Shown here: positions 29,918 through 40,357 of the stretch, in pieces | How the letters are laid out: the number at the start of each line of letters is the position of its first letter | How positions within the stretch are numbered: position 1 is the stretch's first letter | Source of the DNA: Anaerolineae bacterium | GTDB taxonomy: Bacteria; Chloroflexota; Anaerolineae; S140-20 | Assembly (NCBI GenBank): GCA_027021705.1 | Contig: JALUTT010000145.1 | Coordinates: forward strand, 827-64,826 | Reading direction: 5' to 3' | DNA: 64,000 nucleotides | Notes under the pieces: model-generated | What the model was told of the DNA's origin: nothing | What the model saw: only the letters and a program-made list of their open reading frames with translations | Databases searched by the model: none | Position numbers and translations under genes: made by a program

Positions 29918-32021
29918 GGTCGGGGAAGCGGTGGAGGAGAGGAGCCTGGCCCAGCCCATCCCAGACGCCCGCATCCTGGTCGTCGAGGATCACGTGGGAA
30001 CGGCCAAGCTGATCAGCCGTCTGCTGGAGAGGGCGGGGTATACCGCCCTGGAGTTCCACAGCGGTGAGGAGGCCCTGGACTTCGTCCAGGCCGTGGCGGC
30101 TGGTCAGGAGCCCCCCATTGATATGGCGATCCTGGATGTGATGATGCCCGGCGTGGACGGCTTCCAGGTCTGCGAGCGGATCCGCCAAACGGATCTGCCC
30201 GGCTACGTGCCGGTGCTGATGCTCACCGCGCTCACCTCGATCCGGGACAAAGTGAAGGGGCTGGACCTGGGAGCCGATGACTACCTGACCAAGCCCTTTA
30301 ACCACCAGGAGCTCCTGGCTCGGGTGCGGGCAGGGCTGCGGGTTCGCCAGGCAGAACAGGCCCTCTACCAGCGCAACCGACAACTGGCAGTCCTCCACCG
30401 GATCACCCAGGCGGTCAACTCCAGCCTGGAACTGGACGATGTGCTGACCATCGCGATGGAGGGGATTCAAGAACTCCTCCACGTCGAAGGGGGGTCTCTG
30501 CTCCTCGCCGACGACAAGCGGCAGACACTGACCTTCGTCCGCGCCTTGAGCCGGAATCGTGTCTCGGTGCTCAACCACACCATCGCCATCGGCGAGGGCC
30601 TCGTCGGCCAGGTGATCCGGGAGGGGCGGTCCATCTTGCTCAACGATCTTCAACAAGACCCTCAGTGGGAGGACTGTTTCAACCGGATTCTGGGGCTCAC
30701 CGCCCGGAACCTCCTCTGCGTTCCCCTGCAAGTCCGGGAGCAGGTCATCGGGGCCATTGGGGTGGTCAACAAGTGGGATGGTCCCTTCACCCCGGAGGAT
30801 CAGGGGATCCTGGAGTTGATGGCGGCTTCGGTGGCGACGGCCACGGAGAACGCCCGCCTCTTCTACGAGTTGGCCTCGGCCTACGCCGGTCTGGAGAGCA
30901 GCCGACAAGCGATTATCGAGCACCGCAACCGGCTCCAAGCTCTCTTCGACGGCATCTCTGACCGTATCTACGTGATAGATGTCAACTATCGCCTGCAAGC
31001 GGTCAACGCTGCTCAGGCTCGATGGTTGGGCAAGAAGCACGACTCACCACTGGAGGGCCTTTGCTACGCTATCCTCTACGGACGCAGGATCCCTTGTGAG
31101 GGATGTCAAGTGATGGCGGCCTTCACCCACCGCACAGTCCAGAGCTGGTCGGAGCGCCGCCGCCGGCCCGATGGACGCCGGGAGGAGTGGGAGATCAATG
31201 CCTACCCGGTCCTCAATCGGGGCGGGGAGGTGGAGCAGGCGATCCTCTTTGTCCGCGATGTGACCAAACAGCGAATGCTGGAGGCCTCGTTGCACCAGTC
31301 GGAGAAGCTGGCCGCGCTGGGCCAACTGGCTGCCGGCCTGGCCCACGAGATCAATAATCCCCTCACCGCCATCCTGGCCAACACCCAGCTCCTCCTGCTG
31401 GATACACCTCCCGAAGACCCCGCCTACGAGTCCTTGGACCTGATCCTGCGGGCCAGTGAACGGGCCATCCGGGTGGTGCGCAACCTATTGGACTTTGCCC
31501 GGCAAGAGGCTTACGATTTCGAGCCGGTAGACCTGAATCAGACGATCCGCAATGCCCTGGACCTGGTGCGCCATCAGTTCGACCTAGCCGGCATCGAGGT
31601 CATCTGCGACCTGGCTCCGGGCCTGCCCCCCGCCTACGCTAGCCGTGATCACCTGCAGAGCGTCTGGCTGAACCTTCTCCTGAACGCCCGGGATGCCCTC
31701 CTGGAGGCCGCTGAGAAGCCTCAGCGCTGGGTGCGGATCACCACATCCATCGAAGCCGACTGGTTGCAGGTCCAGGTGATGGACAATGGTGTGGGCATCC
31801 CGGAGCCCCACCTGAGCCGCATCTTCGAGCCCTTTTTCACCACCAAGGCCCCCGGCAAAGGGACCGGTCTGGGCCTCTCCACCTCTTATCAGATCATCCA
31901 GCAGCACCAGGGCCAGATCCTTGTGGACAGTGACCCGGATCAGGGGACGACTTTCACGGTGCTTCTACCGACCGCCAGCCGCAGACCGCCGACCAGGCGG
32001 CCAAGCGGCCAAGCGGCCTAG
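29892..32021 (+). CDS. Hybrid sensor histidine kinase with N-terminal receiver, GAF and PAS domains (REC-GAF-PAS-HisKA-HATPase_c)
   Basis: ILVVEDHV...[11 protein letters not shown] receiver. H-box [11 protein letters not shown]. HATPase G-boxes. Start uncertain (29892 ATG overlaps the regulator gene by 26 nt). The 3' end is encoded by a short tandem-repeat tract. Confidence 0.8.
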   Translation: MATPLRRSEVGEAVEERSLAQPIPDARILVVEDHVGTAKLISRLLERAGYTALEFHSGEEALDFVQAVAAGQEPPIDMAILDVMMPGVDGFQVCERIRQTDLPGYVPVLMLTALTSIRDKVKGLDLGADDYLTKPFNHQELLARVRAGLRVRQAEQALYQRNRQLAVLHRITQAVNSSLELDDVLTIAMEGIQELLHVEGGSLLLADDKRQTLTFVRALSRNRVSVLNHTIAIGEGLVGQVIREGRSILLNDLQQDPQWEDCFNRILGLTARNLLCVPLQVREQVIGAIGVVNKWDGPFTPEDQGILELMAASVATATENARLFYELASAYAGLESSRQAIIEHRNRLQALFDGISDRIYVIDVNYRLQAVNAAQARWLGKKHDSPLEGLCYAILYGRRIPCEGCQVMAAFTHRTVQSWSERRRRPDGRREEWEINAYPVLNRGGEVEQAILFVRDVTKQRMLEASLHQSEKLAALGQLAAGLAHEINNPLTAILANTQLLLLDTPPEDPAYESLDLILRASERAIRVVRNLLDFARQEAYDFEPVDLNQTIRNALDLVRHQFDLAGIEVICDLAPGLPPAYASRDHLQSVWLNLLLNARDALLEAAEKPQRWVRITTSIEADWLQVQVMDNGVGIPEPHLSRIFEPFFTTKAPGKGTGLGLSTSYQIIQQHQGQILVDSDPDQGTTFTVLLPTASRRPPTRRPSGQAA

Positions 32022-32116
32022 CGACCTAGCGACTCGGCGGCGAACTGAGGACCGGGGACTGAGGACCGAGGACTACCTGGCCAAGCGACCATCCGACCAA
32101 AGCGAGGAGTGAGACG

Positions 32117-32887
32117 ATGCGCAAACCCATCATCGCCGGAAACTGGAAGATGCACAAGACGGTCGCCGAAGCAGTCCAGATGATCCGGGAGTTGATCCCG
32201 GCGCTGGCGTCGGTGGACCCGGAGGCGGTAGATGTGGTCGTCTGCCCGCCCTTCACCGCGCTCCAGGCGGTGCGCGAGGCGATTGGTCCGGCCCCCATCG
32301 GCCTGGGGGCGCAGAACATGCACTGGGAACCCCAAGGCGCTTTCACCGGCGAGATCTCCCCCCGGATGCTCAAGGAGCTCTGCCAGTACGTGATCATCGG
32401 CCATTCGGAGCGGCGGCAGTACTTCGGTGAGACGGATGAAGGGGTCAATCGGAAGCTCCAGGCGGCATTGGCCCACGGCCTGACGCCCATCGTCTGCGTG
32501 GGGGAGAACCTGGAGCAGAACGAGGCCGGGCGGACAGAGGCGGTTGTGGGCGGACAGGTGCGGGCCGCCTTCGCCGGCCTGACGGCCGAGCAGGCTCAGC
32601 AGGTGATCTTGGCCTACGAGCCCATCTGGGCCATCGGCACGGGAAAGCCGGCCACGGGACCGGGAGCCAACGCCATCATCGCCCAGGCGATCCGAGGCAC
32701 GCTGGCCGACCTCTATGGGGAGACGGTGGCCCAGGCGATCCGGGTCCAGTACGGGGGGAGCGTGAAGCCCAACAACATCGCCGAATTCATGGCCCAGCCA
32801 GAGATTGACGGGGCCCTGGTGGGCGGAGCATCCCTCAAGGCAGAGAGCTTCGCCGGCATCATCCGCAACGGTCTGGCCGCCCTGTAA
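32117..32887 (+). CDS. tpiA: Triosephosphate isomerase
   Basis: 256 aa. IAGNWKMHK. AYEPIWAIGTGK active-site loop. Confidence 0.95.
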   Translation: MRKPIIAGNWKMHKTVAEAVQMIRELIPALASVDPEAVDVVVCPPFTALQAVREAIGPAPIGLGAQNMHWEPQGAFTGEISPRMLKELCQYVIIGHSERRQYFGETDEGVNRKLQAALAHGLTPIVCVGENLEQNEAGRTEAVVGGQVRAAFAGLTAEQAQQVILAYEPIWAIGTGKPATGPGANAIIAQAIRGTLADLYGETVAQAIRVQYGGSVKPNNIAEFMAQPEIDGALVGGASLKAESFAGIIRNGLAAL

Positions 32888-33003
32888 CGTTGTGGGGGGC
32901 GGAATCGGGTTCGGTGTCCCCGCTGCACGCCGATACGCGGTAGGCGCTCAGCCGTGCGCTCCTCCTTTGGGCCGGTTCTCACGGCGCAGCAGGTTTTATC
33001 AGC

Positions 33004-33124
33004 GTAACTGTTCACCCTCCCGCAGGTTAGGCGCATTTCCGACGCGAAACCGTGCTTCCAATAGCCCATCGGGGCTGAAGGCGCCCTCGACCGGTGACCT
33101 GCGGGAGGGTAGGCTGAATAGATA
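33004..33124. mobile_element. MITE-like non-autonomous element, about 121 bp, with about 25-bp imperfect terminal inverted repeats containing the CCCTCCCGCAGGT/ACCTGCGGGAGGG palindrome, flanked by a 9-bp direct repeat (TTTATCAGC / CTTATCAGC)
   Basis: Near-identical copy at 57478-57593. Direct repeat at 32995-33003 and 33125-33133. Confidence 0.7.
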
Positions 33125-33137
33125 CTTATCAGCAACG

Positions 33138-33938
33138 GTGGACAGCCTCCTCCTTGCCTCCAACGGTCGCCTGGAACTACTCCTCTTGGGGGTTGTGCTC
33201 ACCTTCTCAGCCCTCTGGTTCGTCGTGCGCTGGATCCACCGCCACTTGCAGGGCGTGGCCCTGCTGTTGACCGGCGATCCCGACATCGCTCTCTACCTCT
33301 ACGCCCTCTTGCTCTTCCCCGGCGTTCTCCTCCACGAGCTGAGCCACTGGCTGGTGGCTCGGGCGTTGGGCGTGCGCACGCGGGGATTCTCCCTGCGCCC
33401 TGCGGCCACATCCCAGGGGGCAGTCCAGTTGGGCTTCGTCGTCATCCAGCGCACCGATGTCGTCCGCTCCAGCCTCATCGGCCTGGCCCCCCTCCTGTCG
33501 GGCATCGGGGTGGTCCTGCTCATCGGGCAGCAGGTCTTCGCCGTTGAGCGGATCGCCGGGGCCCTGGTCGCCGGCGACCTGGGCCGGGCGCTGGAGGGGG
33601 CTGTCGCCGCCTTCCAGGTCCCTGATGCCTGGCTCTGGCTCTACCTCGTCTTCGCCGTCAGCAACGCCATGCTTCCCAGCGCCTCCGACCGTTCCGACTG
33701 GGGGGCGCTGGCTTTGCTCCTCCTGTCCGGTGGTGCGCTCTTCTTCTTGTTCCAGGACGGTGAGCGAGGGGGGCTCTATCGGCTGCTCCAGGGGTGGATA
33801 CCCTCCCTGGAGGCGGGCCTGGCACTTCTGACCATGGCCTTCGGGACGACGCTGGCCGTGGACCTCCTCTTCGCCTTCATCATCGGCCTGCTGGAGCAGC
33901 TCATCGGCGGGCTCCGGGGACGGCGGGTGGAGTATTAG
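33138..33938 (+). CDS. Membrane protein with HExxH motif (M50/site-2-protease-like putative metalloprotease)
   Basis: HELSHW within a hydrophobic core. Several transmembrane helices. Start uncertain: GTG at 33138 is the first start downstream of the inserted element, and the frame is open upstream through the element. Confidence 0.5.
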   Translation: MDSLLLASNGRLELLLLGVVLTFSALWFVVRWIHRHLQGVALLLTGDPDIALYLYALLLFPGVLLHELSHWLVARALGVRTRGFSLRPAATSQGAVQLGFVVIQRTDVVRSSLIGLAPLLSGIGVVLLIGQQVFAVERIAGALVAGDLGRALEGAVAAFQVPDAWLWLYLVFAVSNAMLPSASDRSDWGALALLLLSGGALFFLFQDGERGGLYRLLQGWIPSLEAGLALLTMAFGTTLAVDLLFAFIIGLLEQLIGGLRGRRVEY

Positions 33939-34974
33939 AGAGCAGGAGCAGGACGACGGCCATCACCCCCCAGAGGAGGGAGAGGGCGATAAGCTTATAC
34001 AATCCTCGGGGCAGGAGCAGGGCCAGGAGGCCGAAGCCGGCGCTGAAGGCGTAGTACCCGAGCACGATGGCCCGCTGGGAGAGCCCCAGGTCCAGCAGCC
34101 GGTAGTGCAGGTGGTCTCGACCGGCGCGGGCCGGGGAGCGGCCCCGCCGCCAGCGGTCCACGATGAGCCAGGCCACGTCCAGGATGGGGACTCCCATCAC
34201 CAGCAGGGCGGTGGCGATCTTGGCCGGGGCCAGGATAGAGAGGGTGGCCAGGCCGTAGCCCAGCGTCATCGCACCGCCGGAGCCCATAAAGATGCGGGCT
34301 GGGTGGAAGTTGAAGGGGAGGAAGCCCAGACAGGCCCCGGCCAAGGCCAGGGGGAAGAGGGCCACGATTGCCTGGCCGACGTTGCCCGTCTGGACGGCCA
34401 GTTGGTAGGCGTGGGCGGCGAAGAGGAGGGCAGCGATGGCCCCGACGCCGGCGGCCAGTCCATCCAGCCCGTCCAGCCAGTTCACCGTGTTCACCATCCC
34501 CATCACCCAGAAGAGGGTGAAGGCGATGGTCACAGGAAGGGGGAAGACGACCTCCCGACCGGTGAGCGGGTTGGTGATGCGCTCGATGAAGACGATGTGG
34601 GCGATGGCGATGAGGGCAGCCGCCGCCTGACCGAGGAACTGGAGGCCGGGGGGGAGGTCGAGGCGATCGTCCAGCAGCCCCAGGGCGAAGGCGAAGAGGG
34701 TGCCCAGCAGGACACCCCGCAGGCGGCGGGCGTCGTCGGCGATCTGGGGCGAGGCCGGGGGCTCTGCGACGTAGGCGAGGAGGTAGACCGTCAGGGCGAC
34801 GGCGAAGAAAGCTCCGAAGAGGGCGATCCCACCCAGCCGGGGGGTGGGGCGGCGGTGGCCCCGCCGTCCCTGGGGCCGGTCCACGATCCCCCAGCACCGC
34901 CCCAGGTGGCCGGCCAGCGGGGTCAACAGGAGCGACAGAAAGAAGGAACTGCCGAGGACGAGGAGGGCGGGCAT
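33901..34974 (-). CDS. Glycosyltransferase family 4 (MraY/WecA-like UDP-sugar:polyprenyl-phosphate sugar-1-phosphate transferase)
   Basis: 357 aa polytopic. DDxxD-like LGLLDDRLDL. NTVNWLDGLDGLAAG motif. Confidence 0.8.
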   Translation of the reverse strand: MPALLVLGSSFFLSLLLTPLAGHLGRCWGIVDRPQGRRGHRRPTPRLGGIALFGAFFAVALTVYLLAYVAEPPASPQIADDARRLRGVLLGTLFAFALGLLDDRLDLPPGLQFLGQAAAALIAIAHIVFIERITNPLTGREVVFPLPVTIAFTLFWVMGMVNTVNWLDGLDGLAAGVGAIAALLFAAHAYQLAVQTGNVGQAIVALFPLALAGACLGFLPFNFHPARIFMGSGGAMTLGYGLATLSILAPAKIATALLVMGVPILDVAWLIVDRWRRGRSPARAGRDHLHYRLLDLGLSQRAIVLGYYAFSAGFGLLALLLPRGLYKLIALSLLWGVMAVVLLLLSNTPPAVPGARR

Positions 34975-34977
34975 CCC

Positions 34978-35604
34978 CTACCCTGTGCCAAACATCCGGT
35001 CACCGGCATCCCCTAGGCCGGGGAGGATGAATCCCGAATCGTTGAGGCGCTCGTCTATGGCGGCCACGTAGATGGGCACGTCGGGGTGGGCGGTCGTCAG
35101 TCGCTGGATCCCTTCGGGAGCGGCGATGATACCGATGAACTTGATGCGATTCGCCCCCCAGCGCTTGAGGATGTCGGCGGTGGCCACGGCCGAGCCCCCC
35201 GTGGCCAGCATCGGATCCAGGATCAAGCAGACGTCCACCGTGGGGCTGATGGGCAGCTTGTTGTAGTATTCCACGGGGCGCAGGGTGCGCTCGTCCCGGA
35301 AGAGGCCAATGTGCCAGACCTCGGCCGAGGGCATCATCTCCCAGATGCCGTTGGCCATCCCCAGGCCGGCCCGCAGGATGGGGATCAGCCCGATCTTTTC
35401 TCTGAGCGTGTACCCTTGAGCCCTCCCCAGGGGCGTCGTCACCATCACCGGCTCCAGGGCCAGGTCTCTGGTCGCCTCGTAGGCCAGGAGGATGGCGATC
35501 TCGCGCACCAGCTCTCGAAACTTCTTCGGTTCGGTCTTCTGGTCCCGCAGTAACGTCAGCTTGTGCCGGACCAGGGGATGGGTGGAGACGTGGACCTGCT
35601 CCAT
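34978..35604 (-). CDS. upp: Uracil phosphoribosyltransferase
   Basis: Start trimmed to [25 protein letters not shown]-binding [10 protein letters not shown]. Confidence 0.9.
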   Translation of the reverse strand: MEQVHVSTHPLVRHKLTLLRDQKTEPKKFRELVREIAILLAYEATRDLALEPVMVTTPLGRAQGYTLREKIGLIPILRAGLGMANGIWEMMPSAEVWHIGLFRDERTLRPVEYYNKLPISPTVDVCLILDPMLATGGSAVATADILKRWGANRIKFIGIIAAPEGIQRLTTAHPDVPIYVAAIDERLNDSGFILPGLGDAGDRMFGTG

Positions 35605-35689
35605 CAACCCGCTCCTCCGCGTCAGAGTGTGGTGACCTCTCGCTGCCATAGGGCAGATATGTCGGATGTCAGCTGCCTGACCGTGGTCA

Positions 35690-35784
35690 CCCTCCCGTAG
35701 GTCACGTGGTGCCCGGCGACGGCCACAGCTTATCGGAGGCTGCCTATGATCTGCTTCAGGCCGTGGGGGGAACCTGCGGGAGGG
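35690..35784. repeat. REP-like inverted-repeat element (CCCTCCCGTAGGT ... ACCTGCGGGAGGG) with a divergent interior
   Basis: Arms at 35690-35702 and 35772-35784. Same palindrome family as 29158, 33004 and 57478. Confidence 0.6.
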
Positions 35785-35929
35785 TCCCCCGGATTGTACC
35801 TCAACCTCCCTCCCCGGTCAACTATCTGGTGATGACCCTGGGTGGTCACCAGGGTCAACCATCGGTGGGCGGTGACAGCCCGGCGTGGTATAATCTCTTC
35901 GCCGGCCATCCAATTACCTCTGGCATACG

Positions 35930-36958
35930 ATGAGCGAACGAATCGTTTCCGCCCGTCCCCAAGAGAACGAGATCACTCTGGACCGGGCCTTGCGCCCCCG
36001 CACCCTCGCCGAGTTGATCGGTCAGGATCGGGTGCGGGAGAACCTGACCATTCTGATCCAGGCGGCCAAGCAGCGGGGTGAGGCTCTGGACCACATCTTG
36101 CTCTACGGTCCTCCGGGCTTGGGCAAGACCACGCTGGCCCGCATCGTCGGCCACGAGATGGGGGTCAACGTGCGGGTGACCTCGGGGCCGGCCATCGAGC
36201 GGGCCGGCGACTTGGCTGCCATCCTGACCAACCTGCGGGCGGGCGACATCCTCTTCATTGACGAGATCCACCGTCTGGGGCGGGCGGTCGAAGAGATCCT
36301 CTACCCGGCTATGGAGGACTACGCTCTGGACATCGTCATCGGCAAGGGACCATCGGCCCGCTCCATCCGGCTGAAGCTCCCTCCCTTCACCGTGATCGGG
36401 GCCACGACCCGGCTGGCGTTGGTGACGGCCCCGTTGCGGGCTCGCTTTGGCGTCGTCCTTCGTCTCGACTTCTACCCCCAGGAGGCCCTGGAGCAGATCG
36501 TGCATCGGGCCGCCGGCCTGCTCCAGGTCTCCATTGACGAAGCGGGCGCTCGGGAAATCGCCCGGCGTGCCCGGGGCACTCCCCGGGTGGCCTTGCGCCT
36601 CCTCAAGCGGGTGCGCGACTACGCCCAGGTCCACGGCGACGGTCGGATCACGGCGGAGATCGCCGATCGGGCCCTGGCTCTTTTGGAGGTGGACATGATG
36701 GGCCTCGATGAACTGGACCGCCGGGTGCTGCGCACCATCATCGAGAAGTTCGGCGGCGGGCCGGTGGGGCTGGAGACCATCGCTGCGTCCATCAGTGAGG
36801 AGCCGGACACCGTGATGGACGTGGTGGAGCCCTACCTGCTCCAGTTGGGCTTTCTGGAACGGACGCCCCGGGGACGGGTGGCTACCCGCCGGGCCTACGA
36901 GCACCTCCAAATCCCCTATCCCGACGAGACGCTTCCTCGGCAACCCTCTCTGCTCTGA
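35930..36958 (+). CDS. ruvB: Holliday junction branch-migration helicase RuvB
   Basis: Walker [15 protein letters not shown]+ body. C-terminal winged helix. Confidence 0.95.
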   Translation: MSERIVSARPQENEITLDRALRPRTLAELIGQDRVRENLTILIQAAKQRGEALDHILLYGPPGLGKTTLARIVGHEMGVNVRVTSGPAIERAGDLAAILTNLRAGDILFIDEIHRLGRAVEEILYPAMEDYALDIVIGKGPSARSIRLKLPPFTVIGATTRLALVTAPLRARFGVVLRLDFYPQEALEQIVHRAAGLLQVSIDEAGAREIARRARGTPRVALRLLKRVRDYAQVHGDGRITAEIADRALALLEVDMMGLDELDRRVLRTIIEKFGGGPVGLETIAASISEEPDTVMDVVEPYLLQLGFLERTPRGRVATRRAYEHLQIPYPDETLPRQPSLL

Positions 36959-37253
36959 CGCCTAACAAAACCTTAACCGATTTTTTACCACCCTGTAATT
37001 GACTTGGGGCCTGGGCTCCTATACCATGGTGGCGTGATCCTATGGCGGTGTGGGGACCAGGGCTGGCTTTGTCCAGTGATGGGGATTGCTGGAACCGGCG
37101 TAGATGCCCAGTATTGTGGCTCCGCCATGGATTGGGTCACCGTTCCGACAGAGCTCCATAGCCGAGGCCGGTTCTGCCGGGGGCCGACCTCGAACTGCAA
37201 CGTTCCTGTGTCTGCCCGCCAACAGCTAGATCGCTTCTCAATGAGGCCACGAC

Positions 37254-39524
37254 ATGGTCGACCTAACAGGGCAACAGATCGGTCAATACTACATTGTGGC
37301 GCGGATTAGCAAAGGGGCTACCTCGACCATCTACAAAGCGTACCAGGCCAAGCTAAACCGCTTTGTCGCCATCAAGGTTCTCTCCCCCTATTTCACCGAA
37401 GACCCGGGCTTCTTGGAGCGTTTCGCCCGGGAGGCCCAGGCCGTCGCCCGACTGGACCACCCCAACATCCTCCCCGTTTACGACTTCGACCGCAAGGGAG
37501 ACCTGGCCTACCTGGTGATGAAGTATGTCGAGACCGGCACCCTGCGGGATATGCTCAAAGGGAAGCCGCTTGACCTGGAGACCATCTACGAGATCGTCAG
37601 CCAGGTTGGCTACGCGCTGGGGTACGCCCATCAGCATGGGATCGTCCATCGGGATGTCAAGCCGGGGAACATCCTCATCGCCGAGGGCAACTGGGCGCTG
37701 CTCTCCGATTTCGGATTGGCCAAGATCCTGGAGTCCCCCAGCGATCTGACCAAATCCGGCGTGGGGTTGGGTACTCCCGACTATATGGCCCCGGAGCAGG
37801 CCCAAGGGCTGGCCGTGGATGCTCGGACAGACATCTACGCGCTGGGTGCCGTGCTCTACGAGATGGCGACTGGCCACGTCCCCTTCGAGGCAGAGACGGC
37901 GATGGCCGTCATCGTCAAGCACCTGACGGAGCCGTTGCGCCCACCTCGCCAGCTCAACCCTGAGCTTCCCCGGGCGGTGGAGGATGTGATCCTGAAGGCG
38001 ATGGCCAAAGACCCCGATCGGCGCTTCCAGTCGGCCGAGGCGATGATCGCGGCCCTGGAGCGAGCGGTCCAGCATCAGGATAGGCCTCTGGAGATTTCGG
38101 CCAGGCTCCGACCCGCTCCTGCCGCCGAGCGAGTCCGCGATCTGTGGGACCGGGCTCGCTGGTCAGGCTCTGTGCTGCGCTCCAAGGTGGTGGCCCGTTG
38201 GCGCGATTGGTCCCCCTGGCTGCGCTCCCGGTCCCTGGTAGCTTCGACAGCCCTGCGTCGCTCCTTCCAGCGCCTTGGACCCTGGCTGCGTTTGGTGGGC
38301 GGGGCGCTTGGCGACAGGGGCCGACGAGGAGGGCAGTGGATGGCGCAGAGGGTTGCCCACCGTGCGGTCCCTCGAGCGCGCCTCCTCGGGCGCCGACTCT
38401 ACGAGGGGATCTACCGGGGGTTGGATTGGCTGGGGAACAGGACACGGGATCTGGTCTTGCAGGGTGTCGGAACCGTTGGCGCCCGTTGGCAGCGGATGAG
38501 CCGCCGCACACAGCGGGCTGCAGGGCTGGTGGCGCTACTGCTCGTGCTGATCCTCTGCGGGGGGCTGGCCCTCTTCCGTCCGCCCAGCGCCGTGGGCACC
38601 GATGGCACTCCGACGGCCACCCTGACCCCGGCAGGGACCACCGAGGTCGTTGCCGCCCAGCCCACGTCCACGTCCACCTTCACACCGACACCTGCCCCAA
38701 CCGCCACACCAACCCCTTCGCCAACGCCGACGATCACCCCCTCGCCCACCCCTTCTCCCACGCCGATGGCGGCGAGGTCGGGGATGGTTGCCGTGCCTGC
38801 CGGTCCGGTCTGGATTGGCAGCACGATGGACCAGATCAACGCGGCCGTCGCCTTCTGCGGGAGCGATTGTCGCCCCGAACAGTTCCTGGACGAGAACCCC
38901 ATCCACCAGGTTTACGTGGACAGCTTCTACATTGACAAGTTCGAGGTCACCAACGCCCAGTTCGCCTACTTCGTCAGCAAGACGGGGTACGTCACCGATG
39001 CCGAGCGGGCGGGCGACCAGGTCACCTGGCGGACCTTCAACACACCCGACCGGAAGTACCACCCGGTGATCTACGTGAGTTGGAACGATGCCAACGCCTT
39101 TTGTCGCTGGGTGGGGAAGCGGCTCCCCACCGAGGCGGAGTGGGAGAAGGCCGCCCGAGGGACGGATAAGCGGATCTGGCCTTGGGGGGATGGCTGGAAC
39201 CCCGGTGTGCTGAACAGCAGCGAGTACGGGGCCGGGCAGCCGCTCCGGGTGGGGAGCTTCAAGGCAGGTGTGAGCCCCTACGGGGCCTACGATATGGCCG
39301 GCAACGTCTGGGAGTGGGTGGCCGACTGGTATAGCGCCGTCTACTACCAGGAGAGCCCCGTGGCCAACCCTCGGGGGCCGGCTGACCAGGGGATGGGGAA
39401 GGTGATCAAGGGGGGATCGTGGAAGGTGCGAGGCTACGAGGCCCGGGTCTCCAGCCGTCAGCAAGCCTCTGTGGATGGACGTTCCGACGACATCGGCTTC
39501 CGCTGTGCCCTCAGCGCGCCATAG
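37254..39524 (+). CDS. Ser/Thr protein kinase fused via a transmembrane segment and PT-rich linker to a C-terminal formylglycine-generating-enzyme (FGE/SUMF1) domain
   Basis: Kinase subdomains (VAIKVL; HRDVKPGNIL; DFG; APE). Transmembrane segment LVALLLVLILCGGLALF. FGE-sulfatase motifs (YVSWNDANAFCRW, GFRCA). Confidence 0.88.
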   Translation: MVDLTGQQIGQYYIVARISKGATSTIYKAYQAKLNRFVAIKVLSPYFTEDPGFLERFAREAQAVARLDHPNILPVYDFDRKGDLAYLVMKYVETGTLRDMLKGKPLDLETIYEIVSQVGYALGYAHQHGIVHRDVKPGNILIAEGNWALLSDFGLAKILESPSDLTKSGVGLGTPDYMAPEQAQGLAVDARTDIYALGAVLYEMATGHVPFEAETAMAVIVKHLTEPLRPPRQLNPELPRAVEDVILKAMAKDPDRRFQSAEAMIAALERAVQHQDRPLEISARLRPAPAAERVRDLWDRARWSGSVLRSKVVARWRDWSPWLRSRSLVASTALRRSFQRLGPWLRLVGGALGDRGRRGGQWMAQRVAHRAVPRARLLGRRLYEGIYRGLDWLGNRTRDLVLQGVGTVGARWQRMSRRTQRAAGLVALLLVLILCGGLALFRPPSAVGTDGTPTATLTPAGTTEVVAAQPTSTSTFTPTPAPTATPTPSPTPTITPSPTPSPTPMAARSGMVAVPAGPVWIGSTMDQINAAVAFCGSDCRPEQFLDENPIHQVYVDSFYIDKFEVTNAQFAYFVSKTGYVTDAERAGDQVTWRTFNTPDRKYHPVIYVSWNDANAFCRWVGKRLPTEAEWEKAARGTDKRIWPWGDGWNPGVLNSSEYGAGQPLRVGSFKAGVSPYGAYDMAGNVWEWVADWYSAVYYQESPVANPRGPADQGMGKVIKGGSWKVRGYEARVSSRQQASVDGRSDDIGFRCALSAP

Positions 39525-39636
39525 GACCGCCATCGGTCGCTGAGGGGCCGGGAGATTCAAAGACATCTCGCGCACAGCCCTGGGCTACACCCAGGGCTGT
39601 GGTTTTTCCTGTGTCAGCCGTCAACGAATGTCCAAC

Positions 39637-40177
39637 GAGTGTGACCAAAATGGGTTGGAGGCGGTAGAAGCGCAACGCCCCTGCATCTTTCCCCCAACAG
39701 CCTCCGATCACGCTCGGTCCAAAAGCCCCCGGAATCACTGAAGCACTGAGGGAAGTGAAGACACTGAGCCGTCGTCTCCCATCCGTTCAATCCGTTCCCC
39801 AATCCGTTGACAGCTCGTCCGCTCCGGCCACGGCGAGAGACACAAAGGGCACCAAGAGCTCAAAGGGCACGAAGCGGTGCGAAAGGCTGGACAAGCCCTC
39901 TTGGGAGCACCACCCCCCCATCCGTTCCAAATCCGTTCAATCCGTTCCCAATCCGTTGACAGCTATCCGTTCCCCAATCCGTTGACAGCTTGTCCGTCCG
40001 CCAACCAAGCCCTCAGAATCACTGACGCACTGAGGGAGGTGAAGACACCGAGCCTTGGGCAGTGCGGCCCAGGTCGTCGGCAAGGCCGTGACCCGACGCC
40101 GGGGAGGGAGTGCATCACTCCTCAGTGAGCTCATTTCTCTCAGCGCTTCAGTGGTTCAACAGCTTTTGGTCACGCTC
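39637..40177. mobile_element. Complex MITE-like element, copy 1 (541 bp), with about 15-bp terminal inverted repeats (GAGTGTGACCAAAA / TTTTGGTCACGCTC), an internal AATCCGTT/TTGACAGCT-rich tandem unit, and a 9-bp direct repeat (ATGTCCAAC / ATATCCAAC)
   Basis: Direct repeats at 39628-39636 and 40178-40186. Same family as 53890-54780. Confidence 0.75.
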
Positions 40178-40357
40178 ATATCCAACGAATAAGCGAATGC
40201 GAATGGATGGTGTTGACGAGGCTCCGGCTTTGCGTTACACTTGGGGTGGTCGGTTGTCGGGGCTCCCTGCTGGTCTGCCGTCCACCGGGCCACCGAATGG
40301 CGAACCCGGCGGGAGCAGAGAGGTGGGAGCGGACACGCGCGATGAGAACAAGGAGGC

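Noticed and set aside
33004-33124. Structured element after tpiA considered as a riboswitch or leader of the downstream gene.
   Set aside because: A near-identical copy sits at 57478-57593 in the opposite orientation relative to its neighbouring genes. Copy A has a target-site-like direct repeat and terminal inverted repeats, so a mobile REP/MITE reading fits better.
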